Shown here piece by piece: positions 34,707-46,517 of a stretch of 64,000 nucleotides of DNA. How positions within the stretch are numbered: the first letter of the stretch is position 1; each line of letters opens with the position of its first letter. The position numbers and the translations under genes are program-made. The notes below the pieces were generated by a model, which saw only the letters and a list, made by a program, of their open reading frames with translations, was not told the DNA's origin and did no database searches. This DNA comes from an uncultured cyanobacterium (GTDB lineage: Bacteria; Cyanobacteriota; Cyanobacteriia; Cyanobacteriales; CAWUOF01): assembly GCA_963744145.1 (NCBI GenBank), contig CAVUSO010000001.1, positions 4,288,001 through 4,352,000 on the forward strand. The letters run 5' to 3'.

Positions 34707-35358
34707 GGAAGAACCTCCAGACTTTAATGGAAATTAACAGACTCTTCAACTTTCACAGCTAGCTTGGCTGGAAATAGATGGATTGACAGACGGATCTAGA
34801 GTCAGCCAGCTCGAATTAGCTACCGACCGAATTAGAAAACATCTTTTATCGTTTAAAAAAAGCTTCTTCACCTTCACCTAACATTTTGGACTCGACCGAC
34901 AGAAATTTTAGCTATATGGCTGTGTTACATAAGCTTTCGATCATCACTAGGTAATCCAAGTCCAATCTGCAAGTTGGTACTGCTTTGCCAGGATGTTTAG
35001 AGAAACCGTTGTCAAACTCACCATTTTAAACGAAGTTGGGAAAATAATAAAGGCTGTAAACGACCCAATCGTCCAGCTATTTTGGCAGTGCTAATTTAAA
35101 GCTCTTCAATAAGGTATCATAGCCTGGTATATAGAGCTAGTTAAAATTTTTTATTTACACTTTTTTCCCATTTTTTTCTTCTACTTCCTGGCAAGTTTTG
35201 CACAGTTTTCTCAACTTTCTCATAACTGATAAAAACCAGCCGATGGTAGCGGCTGGCTGAACTGGCTGTGTTGGGAGAAATAAAACCTGATCCTGTCACT
35301 GTTGAACTAGATATCGTTGCCAATGGCTGCTTGATACTTGTTCTCGTTGGATCTGATC

Positions 35359-35376
35359 TCTGTAAAGAAATGTAAC
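35359..35376 (-). promoter_or_regulatory. Possible HLR1-like repeat far upstream of the RRM gene
   Basis: GTTACATT-TC-TTTACAGA on the - strand. Confidence 0.3.
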
Positions 35377-35426
35377 ACAAGAAGTTTGATAGTGCAATAT
35401 TTTTTTACAACTGTTTCAATTTCTGC

Positions 35427-37880
35427 TCATGTGAGTCCACCTCGACAGATCAGGTAAGCTCCTCCTAATCCCGTGCCGATCGCGATTAAGGTTGACCAAA
35501 ATTGTTGTCCACCTAGATAATTTTTGCCTGTGGTGGTTTTCAAGGTTTCTAGATCAACCCAAGGACTGACCCCGCGACGCCACCAACCAGTTACGGTGAC
35601 TGATTGACCCACTACCTGACTAGGACGGTTTTTGGCGGACCATAAGTTCCCGATCGGACCAAAATTAGTGAGCCAATGTAATTTTACTAATCCTGTAGGA
35701 GTTGCTAAAATTAAGTCTTGTCCTAACCAGTTACTAATTCCTGTACGCCCCAATAATTTTCCGGACAAGCGCAAGGGTTGACTATTGATGGGTAGGGCTG
35801 TGGTACTGCTGAGTAAATCTGGTATACTTGGATCAGTTATCAAATTAGCTGGTTTGAGATCTGGAAAAAAAGAATTAATTCTGAGGATCGTGCCAAAGCT
35901 AAAACCAACTAGCATAAATCCTGCTACCAACCACGAACTATCCAGAAACAGCCAATTTAACAACCGAAATCTGAATAGCATACTAAGCCAACCGACCAGC
36001 CACACTAAACCGCCAAAAGCTAAACCCAAGCATAACCCAAAAAACGGTGCCCCTTGTGATTGTAAGGGTTGAGGTAATTGGGATAAATTCGCTGACGATC
36101 GCGGTTTTTTCGGGGATGAGGTTTTAGTTTTCCCCTGAATTTGCGGCTTTTCTCCTGTCAGTGCCGGTAATTTGTCGGTCGAGGAATCAAAATTTAGTTC
36201 TGTACCTAGTTTCCAATATTTAGCATAACTTCCTAATAATTGCAAGCGATCGCCCAAGGGGGGATGGGAGTGATTGACAGCTAACCAGCGTTGATAATTA
36301 CTAAAACAATCCCAGGCTAAAACTGTTTCCCAGGGAGTCAAGTTATGTAGACTACCAATGGTTATAGCTTGTTGATTACCAACAGGTGTTACTAGATCAA
36401 ACCCTTCTAGTAACCAGCTAGTTTTCCCTTGGGTTTGGATCTCATTCGCAATTCCGATACAAATTTTTAATAAAGCACGGGTCATTCCATTCGGATTTCC
36501 TGTTGCGTCACTAGCAATGCGATCGCTCCAATAGATCCGCGCTCGGGATATCCATAACATCGGCATTCGTACTAACCAATATATCCCATAACTAACGGCT
36601 GATGTGAATCCGAATAGTGGTTGGAGTAGGGGATGAAGTTGATTTCCCCATTCTGCTAGTTGCCAATAAATAGTATAAGGAATTTGGAGCATTACCAATC
36701 CCATCGACATCAGGAAAAAATCCCAATTGAGAATGTGACCTAATTCTCCAGCATAAATTGCGGCAATTTCGTCATCTTGGAGTTGTGTCAACAATCCCTG
36801 ACTGATGACAATTCTTGCAGTAGTTGGTAAATTTCCATAACTAAAAGCAATTGGTGCTGTAGTTGGTAATATTCCTAAAGTGGGAATAGGAAGTTGGCGT
36901 TGACGACAAAAATCTGGCAATAATTTCGCTGTTTCCGGACTATGAATTTTTAAAGTAGTTAAAGATAAGGGTTGCCAACCATAAAATAGTTTTAGAATTA
37001 GATCGATTAACCAAGGAGAAATTGCTGCGGATAGACCCATGAGGGTGATCACGATCCAGGTTGGTTGATAATAAAGATAATAAAAAAACTGAATTGGTTG
37101 AAAATGGGGAATTTTAGTTAAAATTATATTGATGGTGATCGCTGTAAATTGGATCAGTAGGGTGATCGTTTCATACAGCGCGATCGCACTAAAGACTTGA
37201 ATCCACCATAAACGAGTCAGTTTGACTTTAGTTAATGATGGCCATTTTTTCGCCCGACCTTGATTTTGCCAGACTGGTAGAGTGGGATTGGACTGTTTCG
37301 ATTTGGGGATCTGACTGGAAAAGTCTAGATGAGGTGGAGCAACATTCTTTTTTGCTGCACTGGGGAAAGTATTAGGAGAATGAGGATGGGAATTATTCGT
37401 TGGGGAAAGATTATTTAAAGGTACAAATCCAGTGGAATTGACTGGAGGAGAATTAGGTGTAACTGGATTTGGTTGATTTTTAGGGGATTGATTTTCTAAG
37501 GGTACAAAACCAGTAACCGAGGGAAGCGGATCAACCGAGTCGGGAATAGATGGGGAGATCGAACCCGAAGGTGGAGATGATCCTTGACTCAAGAGGACGA
37601 GGTGACGAGCAGCCCAACTGCGGATTTGTCGGTTGGGATTTTTACTCAATTTTTGACAAATCTCCATCGCTTTGTCAATTTGCTCAGTCTGATGATAAGC
37701 GATCGCTAAACCAATTTGGGCTCGTAAGCGTAAGGATGGGTCTAATTCTAGTTGGTAGACGCGATCGAACTCAGTGATTGCTTTGTGATAATCTTGTTGC
37801 TGCAAAGCTACCAACCCAGCAGTGAGGTTTGGATTTTGATCAGCATCACCGTTTGTTAAAAAATTGGGAAGAGAATCCAT
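35427..37880 (-). CDS. TPR + M48 (HtpX-like) membrane protein with degenerate HEXXH
   Basis: N-terminal TPR-like helices, IVISQGLL...AGELGH, SHPPLGDRL. Confidence 0.8.
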   Translation of the reverse strand: MDSLPNFLTNGDADQNPNLTAGLVALQQQDYHKAITEFDRVYQLELDPSLRLRAQIGLAIAYHQTEQIDKAMEICQKLSKNPNRQIRSWAARHLVLLSQGSSPPSGSISPSIPDSVDPLPSVTGFVPLENQSPKNQPNPVTPNSPPVNSTGFVPLNNLSPTNNSHPHSPNTFPSAAKKNVAPPHLDFSSQIPKSKQSNPTLPVWQNQGRAKKWPSLTKVKLTRLWWIQVFSAIALYETITLLIQFTAITINIILTKIPHFQPIQFFYYLYYQPTWIVITLMGLSAAISPWLIDLILKLFYGWQPLSLTTLKIHSPETAKLLPDFCRQRQLPIPTLGILPTTAPIAFSYGNLPTTARIVISQGLLTQLQDDEIAAIYAGELGHILNWDFFLMSMGLVMLQIPYTIYWQLAEWGNQLHPLLQPLFGFTSAVSYGIYWLVRMPMLWISRARIYWSDRIASDATGNPNGMTRALLKICIGIANEIQTQGKTSWLLEGFDLVTPVGNQQAITIGSLHNLTPWETVLAWDCFSNYQRWLAVNHSHPPLGDRLQLLGSYAKYWKLGTELNFDSSTDKLPALTGEKPQIQGKTKTSSPKKPRSSANLSQLPQPLQSQGAPFFGLCLGLAFGGLVWLVGWLSMLFRFRLLNWLFLDSSWLVAGFMLVGFSFGTILRINSFFPDLKPANLITDPSIPDLLSSTTALPINSQPLRLSGKLLGRTGISNWLGQDLILATPTGLVKLHWLTNFGPIGNLWSAKNRPSQVVGQSVTVTGWWRRGVSPWVDLETLKTTTGKNYLGGQQFWSTLIAIGTGLGGAYLICRGGLT

Positions 37881-37966
37881 AGCTTTTTATCCCCTCGGTT
37901 ATTACCGTAGCCTCACTCTAGATGATTTATCTAATCTCTCAACTAGGCATAATTAAAATTTATTAA

Positions 37967-39598
37967 CTACAAAACTGCTAAGGGTTGGGAACCAGAAACC
38001 ACTGGTGCGGTTGAATTTAATTCTAATTCGGGATGATCTGCTTGTAATTGTTGTAAATTCCATTCATTTTTAAACAATAGCACTGGTCGCTCCCAACTAT
38101 CTTTAACTGTCACTGTATTAAACAAGCGACCGACTTTGGTTAAAGCTTCCCAACCACCTGTCACCCAACGGGCAACGGAGTAAGGTAACATTTCGATATT
38201 AGTTTCGACCCCATACTCATTTTGGAGACGAAACTGGACTACTTCAAATTGTAGCTGACCAACTGCGGCTAGGATCGGATCACGTTTAGCTTCATCAGCA
38301 GAATACATGATTTGGACTGCACCTTCTTCACGCAATTCGGATACACCTTTGCGAAATTGTTTGAATTTAGAAGGATTAGGATTACGGAGATAGGCAAAAA
38401 TTTCTGGAGAAAAACAGGGTATCCCTTCGTATTCTAATCTTTGTCCATTATATATAGTATCACCAATGGCAAATACGCCAGGATTGTTTAAACCAATCAC
38501 ATCTCCTGGATATGCTTCTTCAATTGATTCTCGATCTTGAGCAAATAGTTTTTGGGGACGGGAAAGACGGACAATTTTGCCAGTTCGAGCATGATTAACG
38601 GTCATATCTTTAGCAAATTTACCACTACAAACCCGGACAAAGGCAATGCGATCGCGGTGTTTCGGGTCCATATTGGCTTGTAATTTAAACACAAAACCGC
38701 TAAATTCGGGATAGGTAGGGGGAATTTCTCCCGCATTACTGTGACGAGAGCCAGGTTTAAGGGCATATTCTAAAAAAGAATCAAGAAATAGCTGGACTCC
38801 AAAATTAGTCATCGCACTTCCGAAGAAAACTGGGGTCATTTTCCCAGCATGGATTTGTGCTAGATCGAGTTCTTCCCCTAATTCTGCCAAAACTTCTAAT
38901 TCTTCGGTAAGTTGATCATAAAGGTCTGATGGTAAGAGAGTTTTTACTCTTGGGTCATCTAAATCCATGACCGTATCAACAGCTTCTTTACTACCATGAG
39001 CACTGCGTTCAAACAGGTGAATTTGGTTAGTAGCTCGATCTAAGACACCTTTAAAGCGATCGCCCATGCCAATGGGCCAATTGACCGCATAAGTAGCCAG
39101 ACCTAATTCTTTTTCAATTTCATCTAACAATTCTAACGGTTCGCGGGCGGGTCGATCTAATTTATTAATAAAAGTAAAGATCGGAATCTGACGCATCCGA
39201 CAAACTTCAAAGAGCTTACGGGTTTGAGGTTCTAAACCTTTGGCGGCATCTTCTAACATTACCGCATTATCAGCGGCAGCTAAAGTGCGATAAGTATCTT
39301 CACTAAAATCTTGGTGTCCAGGGGTATCGAGGAGATTAATCTGACAGTCGCGATAGGCAAACTGTAATACAGTAGAAGTAATCGAAATTCCTCGTTGTTG
39401 CTCCATTGCCATCCAATCCGAGGTAGCATGACGCTGGGCTCTTCTGGCTTTGACCGCACCAGCTTCATGAATCGCTCCACCATAAAGCAGGAGTTTTTCA
39501 GTTAAAGTAGTTTTCCCTGCGTCCGGATGGGAGATAATGGCAAAATTCCGCCGACGCTCGACTGCTGTTTGTAATTCGGTTTCAATTTCTGTAGTCAT
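37967..39598 (-). CDS. prfC: Peptide chain release factor 3
   Basis: [25 protein letters not shown] and [11 protein letters not shown] motifs. Confidence 0.97.
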   Translation of the reverse strand: MTTEIETELQTAVERRRNFAIISHPDAGKTTLTEKLLLYGGAIHEAGAVKARRAQRHATSDWMAMEQQRGISITSTVLQFAYRDCQINLLDTPGHQDFSEDTYRTLAAADNAVMLEDAAKGLEPQTRKLFEVCRMRQIPIFTFINKLDRPAREPLELLDEIEKELGLATYAVNWPIGMGDRFKGVLDRATNQIHLFERSAHGSKEAVDTVMDLDDPRVKTLLPSDLYDQLTEELEVLAELGEELDLAQIHAGKMTPVFFGSAMTNFGVQLFLDSFLEYALKPGSRHSNAGEIPPTYPEFSGFVFKLQANMDPKHRDRIAFVRVCSGKFAKDMTVNHARTGKIVRLSRPQKLFAQDRESIEEAYPGDVIGLNNPGVFAIGDTIYNGQRLEYEGIPCFSPEIFAYLRNPNPSKFKQFRKGVSELREEGAVQIMYSADEAKRDPILAAVGQLQFEVVQFRLQNEYGVETNIEMLPYSVARWVTGGWEALTKVGRLFNTVTVKDSWERPVLLFKNEWNLQQLQADHPELELNSTAPVVSGSQPLAVL

Positions 39599-39822
39599 AA
39601 AAAATCGGTAAATAGGAGTAGCTTTAATTAACAATGGCTGATTTGGTAATTACTTGATTGATTCAACTTTACCAACAGATGTGGCATCGTTCTAGTAATC
39701 GTTTGAGGTAGAAATTATCACAATGTATAAATCTATCATTAATATAATGACCAAACTTGCCAGTCAAGTAGGTCGGTCGGTAGCGGGTCGGATACTAGCT
39801 AGTTATGGAAAACTATCTTAAC

Positions 39823-39938
39823 ATACCTTTGCAAAAGTCAAAAGTATTTGTTTGTAGTAAGGGCTGTCTTCTCTCGATAATTTAGCATGATTGGGACTCA
39901 CATTCCCTACTACAAACGATATTTTTGCAAGAAGTCCA
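39823..39938. mobile_element. Degenerate MITE-like element (ttgcaaaa...ttttgcaa ends)
   Basis: Ends resemble those of 31306-31430; internal hairpin gtttgtagta...tactacaaac; its left part recurs at 18565-18630. Confidence 0.6.
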
Positions 39939-39957
39939 CTATTTATTAGTGTTTTTA

Positions 39958-42099
39958 ATGATGGTTACCTCAAAAAAAACTACGGTTCCTAAACTGTTTA
40001 AATTCCGACTTCGTGTTGCCATTGTGGTTCCTTTTGTTTTACAAATTGCGGCGACAGTGGGTTTAGTTAGTTATATCTCTTTCCGTAGTAGTCAAAAAGC
40101 TGTGAACGATCTAGCCATCCAATTGCGGAATGAGATCACAGCTCGGATTGATGGAGAATTGAGGAAATATCTTGAGAGTTCTCACAATTTTAATCGGCTC
40201 AATGCGGCGACATTTGCTCAAGGTAAGTTTGATCTCAAGAATGCTAGCAATGCCAAACAATTTCTTACTCAAATTGAAATTTCTCCTTTTATTTATTCAT
40301 CTTACTGTGGTGATTCCCAAGGACAATCTTTGGGTGCTTATCGCTTCATTGATCATGGTTCCTCAACCATTGCTATGTCTGTAAGTAATAAGGAAACTAA
40401 TTACAACTTTTTCTTTTATGCCATGGATAAACAGGGAAATAAACAACAAATTTTGGCTAAACTCAAACCCTATGATCCCCGTCAACGCCCCTGGTATATT
40501 TCTGCTGTCACTGCTAAACGAGCAATTTGGAGTGAAGTATATTTAGATTTCGCTAGTGGTCTCCCCACGATTACAGCGAGTGAACCAATATATGATGAAT
40601 CAGGGCAAAATGTTTTGGGAGTTTGTGCGACTGATGTAGTGTTGTTGAGCGATTTAAGGAAGTTTTTGGCAAACCTTTCGATTGGGAAGACAGGACGAGC
40701 TTTTATTATTGATCGGACAGGTGCTATGCTCTCGAGTTCAACGGACGAACCACTAACAGTGGGTGAGGGGGAAAATACTAAGCTGGTTCTTGCTGCAGAA
40801 AGCATTGAACCTTCCGTGCGTGAAACTGCTCGATATTTGCAAAAACACTTTGGCAGTTTTGATCGAATTGAACAATTGCAACAATTGGATTATCAGTTAC
40901 AGGGTGAACGACAGTATGTCCAAGTTTTACCGTTGAATGATGGGAAAGGGATCGATTGGTTGATTGTGGTGGTAGTACCGGAAACTGATTTTATGGCACA
41001 AATTAATGCCAATACTCGCAACACAATTTGGCTAACTTTGGCAGCTTTGGGATTGGCGATCGCGATTGGTATTTTCACCGCTCGTTTGATTACCCATTCT
41101 GTGTTCAGATTAATTCAAGCATCTCAAGAGATTGCTAAAGGTAATTTAGAGCGACAAGTATCCACGGTTAATGTAATCGAAATTGAAGAAATTGATACAT
41201 TAGAAAATTCATTCAACACCATGGCAGCACAACTTAAGGAATCCTTTGACAAACTTACTTCTGTAATTTTTCAGGCTGAACAAGTTGGGAATCAAATCAG
41301 TTTATCGACCAATCAAATTGTAACTGCTAATCAGCAAATAGAAGCTACTGCGATCCAGCAAGCTACTTCAACCAATGAAGTCAGAGCTACAGCTCATCAA
41401 ATTGCCTCTACCTCCGGACAATTAGTCAACAAGATGGAAAATATTGTTGAACAAGCTACCACCACAGAACTGTCAGCTAGTCAGGGTCAAAAAGGTCTAT
41501 TGGAAATAGCTCAGGTAATGGAACAGTTAGTAAGGTCTACTAATTTGATTGCTTCTCAGTTGGGAATGATGAATGAAAAAGCAAATAGCATCAGTAGTGT
41601 GGTACTCACCATTGCCAAAGTAGCAGACCAGACTAATTTAATTTCTCTTAATGCTACGATTGAAGCAGAAAAAGCTGGAGAAGCTGGGGTCGGTTTTGTG
41701 GTGGTAGCTAGAGAAGTGCAGCGATTAGCTGATCGTTCGGCTGCGGCTTCTCGTGAAATTGAGGATATTGTTAAGGATTTGCAATCTTCTGTGGCTCAGG
41801 GGGTGAACGAAATGGATAAGTTCAGTCAACAAGTGAGCTACTATGGGTTACAGGTAGGTCGCATTAGTGGGCAGATTGCCCAGGTGATTCAGCAAGTCCA
41901 GAGTCTGACACCCCAATTTCAACAGATTAGTTATAGTATGGAAGGGCAATTTGCAGGGGCTCAGCAAATTAGTTTCGCGATCGCTCAATTAAGTGAAGCT
42001 TCTCAACAAACTGTGCTATCTTTACAAGAAACTAATCAGGCTCTGAAGGAATTAAATGATACCGCACAAGAGCTGCAAAATCTGGTTAAATCCAGTTAG
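39958..42099 (+). CDS. Methyl-accepting chemotaxis protein (Cache-HAMP-MA)
   Basis: YDPRQRPWY Cache motif, [24 protein letters not shown] signalling tip. Confidence 0.92.
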   Translation: MMVTSKKTTVPKLFKFRLRVAIVVPFVLQIAATVGLVSYISFRSSQKAVNDLAIQLRNEITARIDGELRKYLESSHNFNRLNAATFAQGKFDLKNASNAKQFLTQIEISPFIYSSYCGDSQGQSLGAYRFIDHGSSTIAMSVSNKETNYNFFFYAMDKQGNKQQILAKLKPYDPRQRPWYISAVTAKRAIWSEVYLDFASGLPTITASEPIYDESGQNVLGVCATDVVLLSDLRKFLANLSIGKTGRAFIIDRTGAMLSSSTDEPLTVGEGENTKLVLAAESIEPSVRETARYLQKHFGSFDRIEQLQQLDYQLQGERQYVQVLPLNDGKGIDWLIVVVVPETDFMAQINANTRNTIWLTLAALGLAIAIGIFTARLITHSVFRLIQASQEIAKGNLERQVSTVNVIEIEEIDTLENSFNTMAAQLKESFDKLTSVIFQAEQVGNQISLSTNQIVTANQQIEATAIQQATSTNEVRATAHQIASTSGQLVNKMENIVEQATTTELSASQGQKGLLEIAQVMEQLVRSTNLIASQLGMMNEKANSISSVVLTIAKVADQTNLISLNATIEAEKAGEAGVGFVVVAREVQRLADRSAAASREIEDIVKDLQSSVAQGVNEMDKFSQQVSYYGLQVGRISGQIAQVIQQVQSLTPQFQQISYSMEGQFAGAQQISFAIAQLSEASQQTVLSLQETNQALKELNDTAQELQNLVKSS

Positions 42100-42185
42100 T
42101 AAGTCAAAGCTTTTGTGGCATGGCAATCTTTAGTTTAACCCTACTTCAATTCTCTAACTTACCACTTGTCAACATCTAATAATTC

Positions 42186-42497
42186 TCAGATTAGACGGTG
42201 GTATTTAAAGATGGTGGCACGATGACCGACGCTGATAAAAGTTCTGTGGGTTTCTAACAGATGCTGATCGAGATTTTCCTCATTTTTAACATCCAAAGCG
42301 CTAGGAGCTTCATCTAAAATTACATACTTGGGTTGAGAAATTAAGAGACGAGCAAAAGCAATGCGCTGTTGTTCTCCTAAGGAAAGCACATCACTCCCAT
42401 CTTTTTCCACATCAAAACTACCGCATCTTTCAACTAAATTGGGGAGGTTGACCTTTGGCAATACTTGCTCTAGTTCTTGGTCGCTGATAGGTTTCAT
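42186..42497 (-). pseudogene. 3' fragment of an ABC-D/YddA-type ABC transporter
   Basis: LSLGEQQRIAFARLL...VILDE...ISVGHR, with no Walker A or TM domain. Confidence 0.8.
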
Positions 42498-42505
42498 TAT
42501 CGATA

Positions 42506-43429
42506 CTAAGAGAATAGTTCTGCGGAATGTTTGTTATCTATTATTCTCCTTAAAGATAGCCGGCTTAGAAATATTCGGATTTTTATCAAAAAGTAGAAAA
42601 TAAAACTTAATAAATGATGCAATTGCCCGCGTTTAGAAAGCCCTAAAATAGGGACTAGAAAGTTGAAGATATAATAAATATGTTTTCTTTCATAGAGCGG
42701 ATACATTTTGCTAATATAAGTATTAGTTTCTTTACTTTTAATATACTTTTCTTGTTTCAGGTAAGAACCTACGCAAAATGAAGCATAAATAATTTGGTCA
42801 TCTTCTAATTCAAAAACTCGTTTGACTAAAACTAGCAGTTTGTTAAAAATGTTAATTTTCTCCGTTTTTTGACATTCTTGCAAAAATCTATAAAACATTC
42901 CATAATGACGGGCTTCGTCCTTCGACAAGCGATCACAAATATCACGTAAAAGAGGTTCTGGTGTGCGATCGCGAATCGCTGCATAGTAAGCACTTGCTAA
43001 TGCTTCAATAACACAACGAGCAATTAATTCATTGGCAATAGAACCTCGAACAGAAACTCCAGTTTCTGAATGATATTGAACAGTTTCTATATACTTTTTG
43101 TATAACTCTTCAAAATTGAAATCAGGATCTACTAGCTGACTCCATTTTTGCAGAGCTTGTCCATGTTGTCTTTCTTCTAAATTCCAAATATGAATCAATC
43201 TATGCCAATCGCTTTTACTATAAAATACTGAAATTAAGTAGGAAGAGTAAAGGTCTGCACGGGACTCAATTAAACAAGTTGCTTTAATTATATCAACTAA
43301 GTCACTAGAAACTTGCTCGCTATTAAAAAGGCTTAAATTAAGCTCTTGAATATCCCACTTTTTTAAAGAATCTAAGTTAGCATTTTCCCATATACACTCT
43401 TTAAATTCTTGCATACTTTTTTTCACCAA
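42506..43429 (-). CDS. Ferritin-like di-iron protein (acyl-ACP desaturase-like)
   Basis: IES...EERQHG...CVIE...DEARHY di-iron ligand pattern; AT-rich. Confidence 0.8.
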   Translation of the reverse strand: MVKKSMQEFKECIWENANLDSLKKWDIQELNLSLFNSEQVSSDLVDIIKATCLIESRADLYSSYLISVFYSKSDWHRLIHIWNLEERQHGQALQKWSQLVDPDFNFEELYKKYIETVQYHSETGVSVRGSIANELIARCVIEALASAYYAAIRDRTPEPLLRDICDRLSKDEARHYGMFYRFLQECQKTEKINIFNKLLVLVKRVFELEDDQIIYASFCVGSYLKQEKYIKSKETNTYISKMYPLYERKHIYYIFNFLVPILGLSKRGQLHHLLSFIFYFLIKIRIFLSRLSLRRIIDNKHSAELFS

Positions 43430-43828
43430 AATAAATAACTGGACAGTGCGAAGTTCTGGAAAGCGTAGGCTAGATTACCATCATTAGGCAAGCGATGCAA
43501 GAATTTGTTATAGCTCACAGCAAAAGTTTTGAATTTTTTCAAACCTTCATAAGAAAATAATACTGGACAATGAGGGCGATCGCAATTCTCAGTAAATTAA
43601 GCTCTGCTGCTACTGAGCGCAATCGCTTTTAGTTTGATTGTGGGGTTTAGTGCGATCGCTATTAGGTTACTACTGGGACAGATTGAAAGCGATAAGTATT
43701 TTGTATTGCCGCCCTCTATTATAGTGAGGATAAAACTACTTAAACGCTTTCTTACTAATCTTTTCAGCGTTTTAGCAACATTGTGGACTGATGAGTAATA
43801 AATGTTTACAATTAATTCTAAAAATTAG

Positions 43829-44005
43829 TTGACAAAACCTAATAGATGTTTTAGGATGATAATGGTAGCTGTTTAAGCTAAACGCAAGCACAAGCTTGGG
43901 TTTACATCGCATAAACACTATACCAGTACCTTGATAATTCTATAGTTATTCGGCTGCCCTAAGAATAGGTAGTACCACCTAGTCTGCTTATGCAGTATAA
44001 AGCTT
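43829..44005 (+). ncRNA. Candidate multi-branch structured RNA behind a sigma70 promoter
   Basis: TTGACA-N17-TAGGAT; aagctt (43892) and aagctt (44000) enclose about five short hairpins. Confidence 0.35.
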
Positions 44006-44478
44006 TTGGAAAGTTAGGTTTTAATTGTTTCGTTTCCATAATCTTTATACTGCATGACCAGGTTATGTGTTGCTACATATTCTTATGCCAGTTTAATAAC
44101 CATATTTTATATATTCTAATTAGTATTACTAGTTTAATTCTACTATTTTTTCCTGGAATTTATGTAGTAAATCGTTTAATATTTATAAATTACATAATTG
44201 CAATTGAGAACTGTTCAGCAGCTACAGAAGGATTGAGTCGCAGTTGGGAATTAACAAAAGGACATTGGTGGTTAATATGGCGCTCTAGTTTACTGTTGTC
44301 TCCTATATTTTTTATAGGAGGTATTTTAATCGGATTGAATCCGAAATCAATACAACCAATACTGTTTCAGGTAATAATGTTTTTGGGTGTACCTTTAATA
44401 AAGGTTAATTTTGTAATTTTGTATATGCGTCTAGCTAACCGAGATAAAAATACAAACTTTTGCACAGGGAGACCCTAA
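43990..44478 (+). CDS. Membrane protein, probably 5'-truncated (GDPD-membrane-domain-like)
   Basis: PGIY...E...GLSRSWELTKGHWW motif in the C-terminal part; the N-terminus looks non-coding. Confidence 0.45.
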   Translation: MQYKAFGKLGFNCFVSIIFILHDQVMCCYIFLCQFNNHILYILISITSLILLFFPGIYVVNRLIFINYIIAIENCSAATEGLSRSWELTKGHWWLIWRSSLLLSPIFFIGGILIGLNPKSIQPILFQVIMFLGVPLIKVNFVILYMRLANRDKNTNFCTGRP

Positions 44479-44560
44479 TTAAAGATAAAATAATCGGCAA
44501 ATTAGCGTGGATTTAATACGACTGTTACTTTGTTCTCTAAAAAACTAATGGAAAAAGACT

Positions 44561-45238
44561 ATGAATCGTCGTGAATTTTTAGGTTGGACAAGTGTTGGTG
44601 CAGTAGCGATTTCTTTACCACAAGCTTACAACGCTTGTCTCGCCGACTCCCAAAACTCTTTGGTATTTAATTTGGGCACTAGCGTTCTGCATCGTGGAGA
44701 TTACTTTCCTATTCCACAATTGGATCTTCATGCTACTAGCTTCACTATTGCTACTAAAGTTAACCTTGACTCTACAGAAAATCGGAATATTATTCTAGGT
44801 AACTGGAGCAGCAACCAAAATGCTTGGCAATTACTCTTTGCAATCAATGCTGGTGGTCTTCCTGCGATCAATCTCCGCAAAGATTTACCAACTGACGGGT
44901 CAGATCCAACTCAGGATTTAGTCGCATTAGTAGGAACAACCACAGTAACGGCTGGTGAATGGCATCATGTAGCAGTTACCTTTAGCTGGGGTGCAGATAA
45001 TACTACCCCAATAGCTACCCTTTATGTTGATGGAAAAGAAGCAGGCAGTGTTTCACCTAAAATATCTCCTGACTCACGAGTACATAATCCCTACACTCTT
45101 AAACCTAGTCCTAATGCTTATCTGATTGGTCATAAGGAAGATGGCACTGGGGATGATGACTGGTTTGCTGGACAGTTAGCTAATTTTCGCATCTATACTG
45201 TTGCTTTGACTGGTGCGGAAATCTCTACTTTGCTCTAA
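44561..45238 (+). CDS. Tat-signal LamG/concanavalin-like domain protein
   Basis: MNRREFL twin-arginine leader; WHHVAVT...LYVDG...FAGQLANFRIY. Confidence 0.8.
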   Translation: MNRREFLGWTSVGAVAISLPQAYNACLADSQNSLVFNLGTSVLHRGDYFPIPQLDLHATSFTIATKVNLDSTENRNIILGNWSSNQNAWQLLFAINAGGLPAINLRKDLPTDGSDPTQDLVALVGTTTVTAGEWHHVAVTFSWGADNTTPIATLYVDGKEAGSVSPKISPDSRVHNPYTLKPSPNAYLIGHKEDGTGDDDWFAGQLANFRIYTVALTGAEISTLL

Positions 45239-45740
45239 TTTAACTTTCAATAAATGCGTACACTGTCGAGAGTAGTTTGACACTAATTTTGGTAATACGA
45301 TCACATTCTATTCTTATTGGCCAAATTAGAATAGTGATGTTGATTGCACCGGGGTCTAATCTTGAGTTTTTGTTGGGCGATCGCTATTTCACACTGGGGA
45401 ATTTGTCCAATTTGTCGTCTGCTGCTGCTACTGAATTTTGCCAGCGGTGTTTTTGCTCCTGGTTGAGATGACTACCAGTTTTGCACCGGGAAAAATTTTG
45501 TTTTGGGTTCTGGTGTGCGATCGCCAATCACCATCCAAACTCACCAACACCCTAAACATCTAATTTTCCTGAAACTGCCAGAAATATTCAAATTCTTCCC
45601 AAACCTCAATCAAGCTAAACTCTATACTCAGTAACCATTTGAGCTAATCTCACCGCACCGGCTGCACAGCTTCATTTTGGCGTGAACAATTTTGTAGGGG
45701 CGTATTGCAATACGCCAGTACAATTTTTATTTGGGTGCGA

Positions 45741-46070
45741 TTATCTGCGACCCGAAGCAACAGGGCGCTGGTATGGTGGATTATATTGCGGACTATAGCC
45801 GATCGATGGTCGAGAGGGAGTATAGATAGTAATTGTACGGGGTTGATGTTGACTAGGGTTATAGGTTGAAGGTGGAGTATAGGAACGAGCAGGCGCTGTC
45901 GGTGGTTTGGCATTGCACATACTTGATAGATCAATTGTTTTACCGCTAGAGGTAGTAATAAAACAACCTTGAGTCTCCTGGGCATTCACTAGACTGATGG
46001 GACAAACAATAGTTGAAACCAATATCCCGAATAGCAAACTTTTCATAGTTATTAGCAGAAATCTATACAT
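45741..46070 (-). CDS. Small secreted hypothetical protein
   Basis: Signal peptide, CFITTSSGKTIDLSSMC motif, Pro-rich tail. Confidence 0.65.
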   Translation of the reverse strand: MYRFLLITMKSLLFGILVSTIVCPISLVNAQETQGCFITTSSGKTIDLSSMCNAKPPTAPARSYTPPSTYNPSQHQPRTITIYTPSRPSIGYSPQYNPPYQRPVASGRR

Positions 46071-46432
46071 ATATTTTATCTAACGAAAGTAATATTTAAG
46101 TGAGGAAATTTAAAATATTTGTCAAGGAGTATTAAAGTTTTAGTAATTGTGCCGATCGCTACCAAACCTAATGGGGCAAACTAGACACCAGAACAAAACT
46201 AGCGATCGCTCCAAAACATTTAATCTCTACAGCAGCAGTTCCGTCGCGGCTTGAAGCTGTGCAAACTATCAATCACTTACTAGCTAAAGCTTTTGTCTTT
46301 CTGGTAATGAGTTTATTTGATGCGATCGCTCTTGCAAATTAGTTGGACAAATTAGTAAGTACAAGCAACCCACAGAAGTTCACCTGGTGTCGGATTTTGC
46401 CATCGGTGATTTTAGCTTTGGTCTTGGTGGGA

Positions 46433-46515
46433 GCGATCGCCCCCAATAAAGACCACAACGGGAAAATTGCAATCAGCTATTGCTGTGGTCTTAGTGCTGA
46501 AAATTGGGATTAATC
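46433..46515. repeat. 83-bp direct repeat, copy 1 (starts at HIP1)
   Basis: Near-identical to 48002-48084. Confidence 0.9.
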
Positions 46516-46517
46516 CT

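Noticed and set aside
39925..39957. TTG-start extension of the MCP
   Set aside because: Begins within the MITE end; ATG 39958 is more plausible.
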